Positions 24,423-36,548 of a stretch of DNA of 64,000 nucleotides are shown piece after piece. A program made the translations under genes and the position numbers. The stretch comes from Octopus vulgaris (lineage: Eukaryota), in NCBI GenBank assembly GCA_951406725.2, contig OX597817.1, positions 63,116,001 to 63,180,000 of the forward strand, in the 5' to 3' direction. Position 1 is the stretch's first letter. Every line of letters begins with the position of its first letter. The notes under the pieces were generated by a model. That model did no database searches. It was not told where the DNA came from and saw only the letters and a list, made by a program, of their open reading frames with translations.

Positions 24423-25327
24423 TGAGAATGTGTGTCTGTCTGTCTGTGTGTTTCCCTAAAACTTGAGAACTACACCGATTTCATTCAAATTTTACACATG
24501 CCTTACTTAAGGTCCGTGTAGTTTCATGGGCAAAAAATGTTCAACTTCTTGCCTAGAGCGAGCCCATAGCAATATCATATCTCCTCCACTATTTCAGTAT
24601 TACGTGTTAAAAGTGAAACAAAAACATTTCTCTATTTTGTATCAGATACTTTCACTTTAACAATAAAAATAATAATAGCAATTGAATTATATGTAGTAAG
24701 TAATAATTAAAATCAAACTAAAGTATAATATAATCGAAACAAAACAAAAGTAAAAATAGCAATTGGTATAAAATTGCATCAATGACTTGAACTTGAATAA
24801 GTGGTTTCACATGAATGGGAATAAATTAAAAATAAAATTAGCGTGCAGAAATGGAATAGTCCATCTGGACTATTATACATAAAGGACTATATCTAACCAG
24901 AGGCGATAAATTCGCCACAATAGAAGCAAGGTTCGAGTCAACGGAGCGTGCAAGGGAGTACTTGACTCGAACCTTGCAAAGTGGAAATATTTTATTTTCA
25001 CCTTTATATCTGGGGCGTAGGACATCCTGGATAAAAATTATAAATGTCCCCCCAGAAGTAGAGGTAGACTGGATTGTAGCCACAATTCTATACAAGAGGG
25101 AGGACAAGATACAATTGATCGAAATTGCAAGAGACGGGCCTACAATTCCAGTCTGTTATATATTTTGAGTATTGTTATCACTAGCGATATCAATATATAA
25201 CTTTGTATTTTGTATTTTATGTGTAGGTGTATATATATAGAAGTACATGTAATATGTACATATATATATATACACATATATACATGCACTAGCACTATAA
25301 ACCGGCAACGACGGGTCATAATGCTAG
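24410..25327 (+). mobile_element. Non-autonomous Helitron carrying a captured coding fragment
   Basis: 5' tatataaaactgagaatgtgtgtctgtctgtc...ccgatttcattcaaatttt. 3' hairpin accggcaacgacgggt followed by CTAG-t at 25324-25327. Confidence 0.7.
24847..25135 (+). pseudogene. Fragment resembling an L1/Tx1-type LINE ORF1 (RRM-like)
   Basis: Reads ...LTRGDKFATIEARFESTERAREYLTRTLQSGNILFSPLYLGRRTSWIKIINVPPEVEVDWIVATIL, open for about 95 codons after one stop. Confidence 0.45.
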
Positions 25328-25629
25328 TATATATATATATATATATTGGATCACTTTCTGACTATTTTGAATCCCAATCCATACTTTGGTTATGAATTAA
25401 GAACAGGAGAGAGAGAGAGTGCTGGTGTAGCTATGTGGTTGAGAAGCTTGCTTCCTAATCATATGGTCTTGGGTTCCGTTCCAATGTGCGGCACTGTGTA
25501 TATCTCCTATAGCCGACAAAAGCCTTGTGAGTGGATTTGGTAGACAGAATCTGAAAGGAACCCGTTGTACATACATACATACATTACATTAATTGGTCGG
25601 TCATTTAAGGAAGGGCATCTCCCATTTTT

Positions 25630-26541
25630 TTGCTTCGTTTCTCTGTATTTTTTTTTCGTTGTTCGAAAAAAGTTCGTTTCTATGTTTTTGTTTTTATGTC
25701 CTCGTTTCTCATTGTGTTCAACGTTTTTTCTTATGTCCTGTACTCATATATGCATGTATATATACATATAGATGTAGGTGTGTACATATATGTATGTACG
25801 TATGCATATATCTATATATTATTTATATTATTATATGATCGAACGCCACGCATCCTTTTCCAAGTAAGTTTTATCTTAATAATTACGATGAGCACTCTTC
25901 TACCTCTACTATCTCTTCTCTGTCTATCTCTCTCCCTCTCTTGTTCTTCATCTTTTCTGGTTTTCTCTCTCACCCTTCCCTATTCTTCTCTCCTCTTCGC
26001 CGTTCCCTCTCTCTCACTCCTCCTCCTCGACTCTCTCGTTGCTGACACGTGACGAAAGATAATCTGTCTTTCTGCCCATAACCTTCGGAAAGAAAATACG
26101 TGCTTATACTGTCTCCTTCATAAGCTCGTCTTCCTCGCGTTCATAATAATTTTTCTATTGTCTTGGCTTAACAACCCTCACCGTTTGTTTTTACTGTCTT
26201 GTTCTCACTGTCCTGTTCTTGTTACCACTTTCACCCTCCGCAAAAAATTCCAAATTTTATTTAATTTGCTTTGCAGGAAGGATTGTTTCAACGAAGTCGC
26301 GTCTTGTCCTTGCCTTCGTACGTGGAGTAGATGAAACAGGGACAACTGAAGAAGGGGAATATTCTTTATGTTGTATGTCTCGTTTCTGTTTGTTTGTTTT
26401 TGTTTGTTCGAAAAAAAGTTCGTTTCTATGTTTTTGTTTTTATGTTTTTTGTTTCTCATTGTGTTCAACATTTTTTTATGTCCTATTCCCATATATGCAT
26501 GTATATATACATATATGTAGGTATGTACATATATGTATATA

Positions 26542-26546
<5 letters not shown>
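25630..26546 (+). mobile_element. Family P1, about 1.2 units
   Basis: 25633-25810 is repeated at 26378-26546. Hammerhead boxes at 26283-26357, with the GAAA box damaged. Confidence 0.8.
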
Positions 26547-26604
<58 letters not shown>

Positions 26605-27188
26605 AAATCCATTGTCTGTCTCTCTGTGTGTCTTCTAGGATCTCGGGCATCCTCCATCCGATATGCGCTCAAATTTCATATGTGGATACCGACGGTATCA
26701 GGGCATGTATAAGTCTTGAAGGAATTACAAAAATCGATTCCAGGTGAGAATGCGATCGATAAAGCCGTGGGAACGTGCATTTGAACGCGCAAGTATATCA
26801 GCTATTGCGATCGATACTACGCGTACGCGAGAAAAATGCACGTGCAGTTTGCGCAAAATAAAAGCCGGCTGGCTTGAAATAATGCCACAAAATGCAGTAT
26901 ATTTAAGAGACCAAAAAAGTAAGATGTAAAAGAGATATTTTCTTCAAACTTGGCATGAAAAAAGGAAAGACTATTTGGTTTCTCAAGAAGTTTTTTTTTC
27001 CCTTAACTTCGTTTAACAAAACCAAAAATTTTATTGAAATAAAGGCATGCTTAATTATTTTTCTAATGAAAAGAAAACGCTGATTGCTTTTTATACAGCA
27101 GATATGATTCAGCACCGTCCGTTGGACGCGGAGCGTTTTACTCGTGTATATATATATATATACATATATACACACACACGAGCAAAAC

Positions 27189-27240
<52 letters not shown>

Positions 27241-27337
27241 GGGGTCGATTTTCTCGACTAAAGGCAGTGCTCCAGCATGGCCGCAGTCAAATGTCTGAAA
27301 CAAGTAAAAGAGTAAAAGAGTATATATATGTGTGTGT

Positions 27338-27381
27338 TTTCGTTTCTCGTTGTGTTTTACGTTTATTTGTGGTGTCCTGTA

Positions 27382-27439
<58 letters not shown>

Positions 27440-27687
27440 TGTATATATACATATGGATGTAGGTATGTACATATATGTATGTATGCATATGTTTTATTTG
27501 TTAAATTGTTATTATATGACTGAGCGCATGGCGTCGTTTCTTATCCTCCAAGTAAGTTTTTAATAATTATGACGCGCACTCTTTAAACCTTTACTTGACC
27601 TTTCCTTCCTGCCTGTCTGTCTTCCTCTCTACCTGTCTCTCTCCTTCTTATTTTTCACCCTTTCTGGTTTCTTTTCCACTGTCTCTG

Positions 27688-27719
<32 letters not shown>

Positions 27720-28217
27720 ACACACTCCTCCTCTCTCTGGCTGCTGACCGGACTACTAAAAACTTTCTTTCGCTCGCAGATTTCAACAAGTCAACACCGA
27801 CTGTCTCTAGCAAGTCGATTTTCTGAATTGCGGTCCAACGAATTTTTGCACCGTCGAGGCTTAAAAAAGCCCTCAATGTTGGTTTCCTTGTCCTGTTTTT
27901 ATTCTTTATGTGTACTGTATTTTTATTTGTATTGTTTTTACGTCCTGTTCTTGTCACCTTTTTTCTTTTTTTACCCCTCTGCAAAAAGAATTTTATTTAA
28001 TTCATTTTGCAGGAAGGATTGCTTCGGACGGATCGTGTTCTGCCCTTACCTTCGAAACACGCATTGAGTCGAACCAGGGTCAGCTGATGAAGGGGAATAT
28101 TCCTTGTATTGTTTGTCTTGTACTCTGTTTTTTCGTTGTTATAAAAAGTCCGTTTCCTTGTTTGTTTTTATGTTTTCGTTTCTCGTTGTGTTCTACGTTT
28201 ATTTGTGGTGTACTGTA

Positions 28218-28280
<63 letters not shown>

Positions 28281-28360
28281 GCATGTATATATACATATAG
28301 ATGTAGGTATGTGCATATATGTATGTATGCATATGTTTTATTTGTTAAATTGTTATTATA
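27338..28360 (+). mobile_element. Family P1, about 1.2 units
   Basis: 27338-27517 is repeated at 28174-28360. Hammerhead boxes at 28023-28095. Confidence 0.8.
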
Positions 28361-28702
28361 TATATATATATATACTGAATTCAGCTGGCGTGTTGAGAAT
28401 TAAGCCTTGCGGCAGAGGAAAATAACGATGTGACCGTGATCGTGGTCCAACACAAAAGGACTAGTAGTCGGCCAGCGGTCACGTGAGAAGAGAAGAGAGA
28501 GAAAAGGAGGAGCAAAGGAGGAGCAAAGGAATTAAGGCGGGGGAGAAGAGAGAGAAAAAGAGGAACAAAGGAATTAAGGAGGGGAGAAGAAAGAGAGAGA
28601 GCGTGTAGATCGAAGAATCAAGGATTGGCGAGAAAAAAAAGAGAAAGACAGGGACATAGTGAAGTGCAAAGTAAGAAAGGCAAAGGTATATATACACATA
28701 TA

Positions 28703-28905
28703 CAGTAATCTTTCGCCATATTTATTATTGAAGCTTACGTTGATTTCTCTGTGGTGTTGTTTTGCATTTATAATAAAATAAATATATACAAATTATGAAA
28801 ATAATAATAATAAATATACATCACACTACTGTTTCTACTTCGCGGATTTTCGTCTATCGCGGGAGGTTTTGGAACGTAACAACCGCGATAGTCGAGGGAT
28901 TACTG
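28703..28905. mobile_element. Tigger/pogo-like MITE
   Basis: TA-cagtaatctttcgcc...gtcgagggattactg-TA, giving TIRs with a TA TSD. Confidence 0.7.
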
Positions 28906-28917
28906 TATACAAATATT

Positions 28918-28987
<70 letters not shown>

Positions 28988-29065
28988 AATCCAAACGGGA
29001 AACAAAAAAACAACAACAATGGAACAATTACAGTATTATTATTAATAGGCGCTCAGGAAATGGAA

Positions 29066-29100
<35 letters not shown>

Positions 29101-30311
29101 ATCATCGTTTTAATCATTGATTTAATATTCCCTTTCATGCTTAGAAGTGTCGGCGGAATTTCTTGAGGCAAATTTTGTACGACCGGCTACACTTCCTGTC
29201 GCTAACACTGAGCCGCTCCGAGTAAGGTAGTACTTCCCCATAACCAAGGCAAAGAGATACACTACTTTGTAACACTGTCGCAATACATTCTTCTCCAATT
29301 GGACACTATAATAAATTTCCAATAATTTTATATGTGAAGCAATGCTGGCGAAACTGCTTCCATTGTCGCAAATATTCTCACTCGGCTAAAACTTGTACGT
29401 GTGTATAATTTTTCTTGATACTGTTGTATCGTTGTTGCTACGAAAGATCTCTCCATTGTTGCTCCAAACAAAAATGTCATTCCCTCCTTTAAAAATGTGT
29501 GCTCATTGTAATAAAATATTTTATGGTTATTTTCAATTTTTCTGTTTAACGCCTGTGAAATCGTGTTCGTTCTGGTTTGAAATCTTGGACACATTCGTGC
29601 ATGAAAAAGCCATTATATTTCTTTATAAATGAAAACCAACATATTTTCTTTACAAATTCAGCATTATTTTTTCCAAAATGGGAGAAATAACATAAACAGC
29701 TAATTAGTTTTCCATGTAGAAATTCTGCTTTTCATAAAACACATTCCACCTTAATTTTATTCGCTAAATACGCAAATCTAGAGAGCACGTAAGGTCGCCC
29801 GTCTGACTAGGGCAATAAATAATCACTACGTAATAATAACAAATATAAATGTTTGGTTGGTTGCTTGCTTTACATCGTATAGAAATAAGGTAAGAGAGAG
29901 TAAAACGGAGATACAAAGGGAGTAAACATAAAAGGTGCAGGATGAGTTCACATATTAGGTTTGGTGGCAGGCAAGGCATAAACAAAAACTATATGCACAC
30001 ATACACGCACGCACGCGCACACACACACACACACATACACACACACACACACGCAATAACAAAGTATCAAACATACAGAGTTGGAGAGTGTATGACCGTA
30101 TAGTTTTGGGATGAGTTATACAAATGAGAAACATATTTTAATATTTTTTGAAAATTAGTATTGATTTCACCATTTTGTATGAGCACCAAGAAATTTGAAA
30201 TAAGTTACATTATGATTATTGTATGCCATATTCACTGACGTTACCCATGGTGGCAAAAGTCTACTTCCAAAGATGGTCGTTATATGATGGGAAACCGTGG
30301 AAGTTACTCTC

Positions 30312-30372
<61 letters not shown>

Positions 30373-30385
30373 CAACAACAACAAC

Positions 30386-30419
<34 letters not shown>

Positions 30420-30568
30420 AACTATTATTATTATTATTATCATTATTATTATTATTGAGTTAGAGAGCAGCGCATGCCATCAAAATGACACTGGGGTGCA
30501 AATATACGAAGCCCAGTATACCCACCATGACTAATATCCATCATAACCATATGTGCGCGACGAGTGTA

Positions 30569-31080
30569 AGACAAAAACCCCACGGACAAAAGATCCTCGG
30601 ACAAAAGCCCCATGGACAAAAGACCCTCGGACAAAAGGCCCACGGACAAAAGACCCTCGGACAAAAGCCTCACAGACAAAAGACCCTCAGACAAAATCCC
30701 CACGGATAAAAGACCCACGGACAAAAGACCCACGGACAAAAGACCCACGGACAAAAGACCCACGGACAAAAGATCCTCGGACAAAAGCCCCATGGACAAA
30801 AGACCCTCGGACAAAAGGCCCACGGACAAAAGGCCCACAGACAAAAGACCTTCGGACAAAAGACACTCGGACAAAAGACCCTCCGACAAAAGCCTCACGG
30901 ACAAAAGACCCTCAGACAAAAGCCCCACGGATAAAAGACCCTCAGACAAAAGCCCCACGGATAAAAGACCCACGGACAAAAGACCCTCGGACAAAAGACC
31001 CTCGGACAAAAGACCCACGGACAAAAGACCCACGGACAAAAGCCCCTCGGACAAAAGCCCCACGGACAAAAGCCCCAAGG
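30569..31080 (+). repeat. 15-bp minisatellite (ggacaaaagaccc[a/t]c), about 34 units, the expanded terminal repeat of family A
   Basis: Directly visible. The same unit occurs at the family-A termini (6825-6870, 12768-12780), and the array continues into family-A arm sequence. Confidence 0.9.
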
Positions 31081-31413
31081 TTATATTTTTCGATTATTTT
31101 TTTCACCTTGTTTCAGTGATTAGACTGCGGCCATGCTGAGGCACCACCTTGAAGGATTTTTTGTTGAACGTATCGATCCTAGAAAATTTTTTTTACCCTT
31201 TTACTTGTTGCAGATATTAGACTGTGGCCATGCAGGGGCATTATCTTGAAGACTTTTTAGTCAAATTTAACAATTCCAGAATTTTTTTTACATGATTTTC
31301 AACCAGCGCATGAAGTTAAGCCTAGAAGATATTTCCACGTGCTAGAAATAACAGCCAAATCTCTGGAAATTTTTTAATAACCCGCTCGGTTTCTTTTATT
31401 TTCTAAAAATCTT

Positions 31414-32249
31414 GGATCTTTTCGGTTTGAACGGCAGTTTTTAACATAATTTCTAGGTAACTAAAAAATTTTAAACTTCGTATACTGGTAGAATGTGTTT
31501 ATAAAACATAATTTTCTCTTGGCTTTCTTGAGAAAATTCTGTAGTTTGTAACATATTTCGTCTTTAATTTCTTGCATTTCGGCAATTTTAACCAATCACT
31601 GGCGTCCATTGAGGTAAACAACATTCTGTGCCGTATGAATATGTCCTTCGTTGAAGAAACAGATTGGGTTTATTTATATTTGTGAAGAAAAAAATATACC
31701 CTTCCCCCACCCCTAACCCTAACCATAACCCTAACCCCAACTAACCCTAACTAACCCTAAATCTAAAACTAATTGAAATGCAATAGATCGATACTAGGGT
31801 CATAATTATGGGTGACAATTTCATATGGCACCGCTAGAAAAAACTGCCATTTTCCCTAGCGGTGTCATATGAAATTGTCACCCATAATTATGACCCTAGA
31901 ATCGATCTTTTGCATTTCAATCTATTTTACATTTAGGGTTAGTTAGAGTTAGGGTTATGGTTAGGGTATCTTTTTTTCTTCACAAATGTAAATAAACCCA
32001 ATCTGTTTCTTAAACGAGGGACATATTCATACGGCACAGAATATTGTTTACCTCAATGGACGCCAGTGATTGGTTAAAATTGCCGAAATGCAAGAAATTA
32101 AAGACGAAATATGTTACAAACTACAGAATTTTCTCAAGAAAGCCAAGAGAAAATGATGTTTTATAAACACATTCTACCGGTATACTAAGTTTAAAATTTT
32201 TGTTACCTAGAAATTATGTTAAAAACTGTCGTTCAAACCGAAAAGATCC
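31414..32249. mobile_element. Family M MITE, a near-perfect 836-bp palindrome with telomere-like repeats in both arms
   Basis: ggatcttttc...gaaaagatcc with TSD aaaatctt (31406-13 and 32250-57). Arms are about 400 bp with a ~20-bp spacer near 31838-31855. CCCTAA repeats at 31711-31765 and TTAGGG-like repeats at 31933-31966. Confidence 0.9.
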
Positions 32250-32507
32250 AAAATCTTTTTACTTGTTTCAGTCATTTGACTGCAGACATGCTGGAGCACC
32301 AGCTTGAAGAATTTTTAGTCGCAGAAAAATCAATATTTTAAAATATATATTTAAAGTCATTTGTTATCTTCTCTCGGCACTTACAGATTAATGAGAATAA
32401 GTTGACCTTTTGAACTTTCTCTGGCTGTTGAAGGTCTAACAGAAGGATAGTCATTCAAACGTATTTCTTATCGTTTGCCTAAATAGCGAGATTTTTTTTT
32501 CTTCTTA

Positions 32508-32750
32508 AGCCTAGTACTTATTCTTTCTGTTTATTTTGCCGAACCACTAAGTTGTCAAGTAATTGTGGAGTCACAGAACATAAACACACACACATGTATA
32601 CAACGGGACTCTTTCAGTTTCCATCCACCAAATCCACTCACATGGCCTTGATCGGCTCGAGGCTATAGTAGACACTTTGCCCTAGGTCCTACGCGACTGA
32701 AGCTGAACCATGTAGTTACGCAGCAAACATTACCACACAGTCGCTCCTGT
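32508..32750 (-). mobile_element. Degenerate S1 SINE
   Basis: aagcctagtacttattct...ctttcagtttcc...aaatccactcaca. Confidence 0.7.
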
Positions 32751-32936
32751 ATCTAAGATCACAATTACAGATGATTGTATGAGATAAATAGATAGACAGA
32801 CAGACAGACAGATAGATAGATATTTAGTCTACATACATCGCTTATACAGAGAATAATTTTGTTTTCTAAAATTGCTGGATAGAGTAAACATCTTAGCTAT
32901 ACTTGCATCTGTTTGTATGTGTGCACGGATGTGTAT

Positions 32937-32976
<40 letters not shown>

Positions 32977-34008
32977 ATTTATATGTTTATATATGCATAT
33001 ACTTTTTCATGCATACACACGCGTACATATATGTACATACATACAGATATATACACATGCACTTACATAGATACATACACACACACGCATATACTCACTT
33101 CCAAACTAAATATTAAAATTGATTTTTATTTACGAAAATAAAATAAAACCAAAAGCTTCGTTGTTGTCTTAATATTTTAATCTCTAATGAAAGCAAGCAT
33201 TGAATAACAGATCAAAAATATATATTTATGTTCTTTACGAAAAAAAAAAATCATGGCTTAAATACTTTATATTTGAACTTGGGGAAACGTGTTCTTTTCG
33301 TTTGATTTAAAGTTACTGTGTTAAAGGTTTTATAGCGAACAAAGAAAACATAACGTTACATGATTTACAAATGAGTTCTTTCTTTGGCTCAATTTTTTTC
33401 TTCTTTCTTCATTTTAGTAGATAACAGAAACTGGGTTTCGTTAATAGGATTAAATATAACATGTGAGGAATAACAGAATTTATCAGAAGCTCACCGGAAA
33501 CTTAAATGTTTGCATAAGAAGAAAAACGTTTTAAGTCATATAAATATGTAATCTGCTAAACCAAAAGCATATTGGTTTGAAAATAAACGTTGTTTGTGTG
33601 TGTATCTATACTTTCTGTAATACGTGACTTATATATTTTTTTTCTCTTTGAATGTTGTTTGAAGTATATTATGTAATTAATGTTTCAAACGTGGTAATCA
33701 CATCACTAGGTTTGGTGGGGACTCCTAGTTTGTTTTCTTCTGCTCTTTGTGTATAGGAATCTTCTTCATCAAATAAGTCTTCAAATAAACCTGAAGCGCG
33801 AACCGATGAGGGAAGTTTCTTAATGTGGTCATTCAACCTGCTAGAAATAACAACCTAATTCTCATCCAATCCACACATTGTGTTGTCTTACAAAGAAAAG
33901 AAAGTAATATTACATAATATTGAAATAATATAATTCTAGATAGAATGTCAGTGTTGGAGCGCCACTGATCAGAGATCTGGTCGATTAAAGATCACTTGGA
34001 TCCCAGTA

Positions 34009-34048
<40 letters not shown>

Positions 34049-34120
34049 AAGCCTCCAGTTTGTGATTTGCCCTATAGATTCCAAGCCGGTGCAAAATATG
34101 TATTTTTTTCTTTCCATTTT

Positions 34121-34180
<60 letters not shown>

Positions 34181-34253
34181 CCAATCAATCAATCTATCTA
34201 TCTGGCTATCTATCTATCTTTCTAGCTACCAATCAATTAATCTATCTATCTGG

Positions 34254-34305
<52 letters not shown>

Positions 34306-34976
34306 ATTTATATCTATGGAAATGCAACATAGGCAAACATACATACATCAAATACTGTACAACATAAATTCGTGATTTGGATTTATTAAAAGTGTTTCCG
34401 TCTTGATGCATCATAATTACCAAGTGGCAATTAAGACTAGCTCCTTACGAGAAGGGGAAATATCTCAATAATCAAGAAGTCTCCCAAGTCGACATGCCAT
34501 TATGGAAATGAGTAGTGTTATTGCCCGGGGATAAGGGGACAATTGTGATCACATATTTCTGCTACAAAAGGCGTCATCAGCACTATAATCGTACTAACTT
34601 CCAGGAGCTAAGAGACTTAGACGTATACAAAAAGAGTTGAACACATTTATGACCTAGATAATTTATATTTCAAACAAAAATGAGCAAAGAAAAACAATCC
34701 AGAATGGCCAGTAAGATGTATTTGAACAACACCGACAAACACAGGTATATAGACAAAGTCTAAGAAAGTCGAAATACATCTGGTGTTCACGCTAGATACT
34801 GCCAAGATGATTTTCCCTCTTCCTCTGATATATATTGTATTTTTTAACACAACACATCTATGAAATTTTAATTCGGACAGAAACTGCAGTATCTTGCCTG
34901 TCAGTAGTATATATACGTCAACTATGACGCATAGAAGGCTATTATAATTTAATGCTGCTTCAATTGTGTATATATA

Positions 34977-35284
34977 GGAGCACTCCGTCGGTTACGACGA
35001 CGAGGGTCCTAGCTGATACGATCAACGGAACAGCTTGCTGGTGAAATTAGCGTTCCACAGACACATTTTCCCTTAACGTAGTTCTCGGGGAGGTTCAGCG
35101 TGACACAGAGTGTTACAAGGCTGGCCCTTTGAAATACAGGTACTACTCATTTTTGCCACCTGAGTGGACTGGAGAAACGTGAAATAAAGTGTCTTGCTCA
35201 AGGATACAACGCGTCGCCAGGAATTGAACTCACTATCTTACGATCGTGAGCCGAATGCCCTAAAGACTAAGCCACGCGCCTTCA
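34977..35284 (-). mobile_element. S3 SINE
   Basis: Near full-length match to the copies at 6222 and 36938. Confidence 0.85.
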
Positions 35285-35881
35285 CTATATATCTTTTATG
35301 ATAAAAGGCAGATTTTCTTTGCCTGTTCCCATGTTCCTTTTTAATACAATTCTACAATATAGAATTTCTTCAATTAGAATTTACCTATGATTTTCGAAGT
35401 AGATTCGATTGGGTCATGGCATATAAAGTTTTTTCAATTTGACCCCCAATTAAGCAAAAATTCGAGAAAAGTAAATATTTTACGATTTGCCGCTCTAATT
35501 TCAACTGCTTCACTCCTGCTATTACCATACTTTCTCCTACTTTCTCTTTGCAAGTGTACCTTAAACCACTACTCAAAAAAAAATACAGAGCAAACAGAAA
35601 CAAATAAATACATAACGATTTACTCCTCACACAATTTCTTCAATTGGAATTTACCTATGATTTTTCGAAGTACATTCCATTCGGTCATGGCATATATATT
35701 TCTTTCAACTTGACCCCCCAATTAAGCAAAAATTTGAAAAAACTCAATATTTTACGATTTCCCTCTCTCACTTCAAAGGCTTTACTCTGCCTATTAGCAC
35801 ACTTTCTCTTTACACACATAGACACGCAAACATATACATATATGACAGTGTCAATTGTTGAAAGAAAATTGTAAGCTAAGA

Positions 35882-35962
<81 letters not shown>

Positions 35963-36063
35963 TGTGTGTGGGAGTGTGTGTGTGTGTAGGAAGTGAAGGA
36001 TAAAAATATGGCAAGAAGTGGACAGATGTACATATATACATACATACATCCATACATACATAG

Positions 36064-36097
<34 letters not shown>

Positions 36098-36115
36098 ATT
36101 AATGTGTGTGTGTTA

Positions 36116-36502
36116 TCTCTCTATATATAAAGCTGAAGTTGTCTGTGTGCGCCAGGTTTGGTAGCCTTCAACTAACACTATCTCCTCCGAGACCCTGCGG
36201 CACAAGTTGACCAAAATTGAGAGTATGATAGAAGGGTTGCTCTTCCTTCCGTAGAAGATAAAATTCAAATCGGACCATGTTAACACCAAAAATTATTTAC
36301 ATCAAAAAGGTGCTTTTTTCTATGAAAATCCCTATTTTTTACGATTTTTTCACTGCTGTGTCTTCACTTTTCGGTGTATTTCAACCAGAAAAATGTTCAC
36401 TTGAAGAGAATAACAAGCTACATAATGCAAATTTTTTACTTTTCAAAAATTCCAATTCCAGTGGGTCGAAACAAACTCGAGAAACGCCGGGCGATACTGC
36501 TA

Positions 36503-36503
<1 letters not shown>
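36116..36503 (+). mobile_element. Non-autonomous Helitron, complete
   Basis: A|TC...CTAG|T termini with subterminal hairpin ctcgagaaacgccggg. Same family as 12803-13172. Confidence 0.88.

Positions 36504-36540
<37 letters not shown>

Positions 36541-36548
<8 letters not shown>

Larger units (their letters stand above)
30561..32490. mobile_element. Second family-A element (one arm), interrupted by a family-M MITE
   Basis: 31080-31413 plus 32258-32490 match 6872-7400 and the reverse complement of 12200-12680. Confidence 0.75.

Noticed and set aside
28054-28095. Reading the P1 motif as an ordinary type II hammerhead that uses the second GUH after GAAAC
   Set aside because: The sequence between that GUH and CUGANGA does not form a consistent stem I hairpin across copies, whereas the permuted pairing does covary.
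29328-29632. Overlapping 79-88 aa ORFs in unique sequence
   Set aside because: No recognisable motif or convincing splice sites, consistent with chance ORFs.
30452-31139. Pentapeptide-repeat ORFs (TKDPR, DKRPS, VGLLS) as a real protein, or the array as CRISPR
   Set aside because: The 15-bp unit is the terminal repeat of a DNA element, is open in three frames because of its composition, and has no unique spacers.
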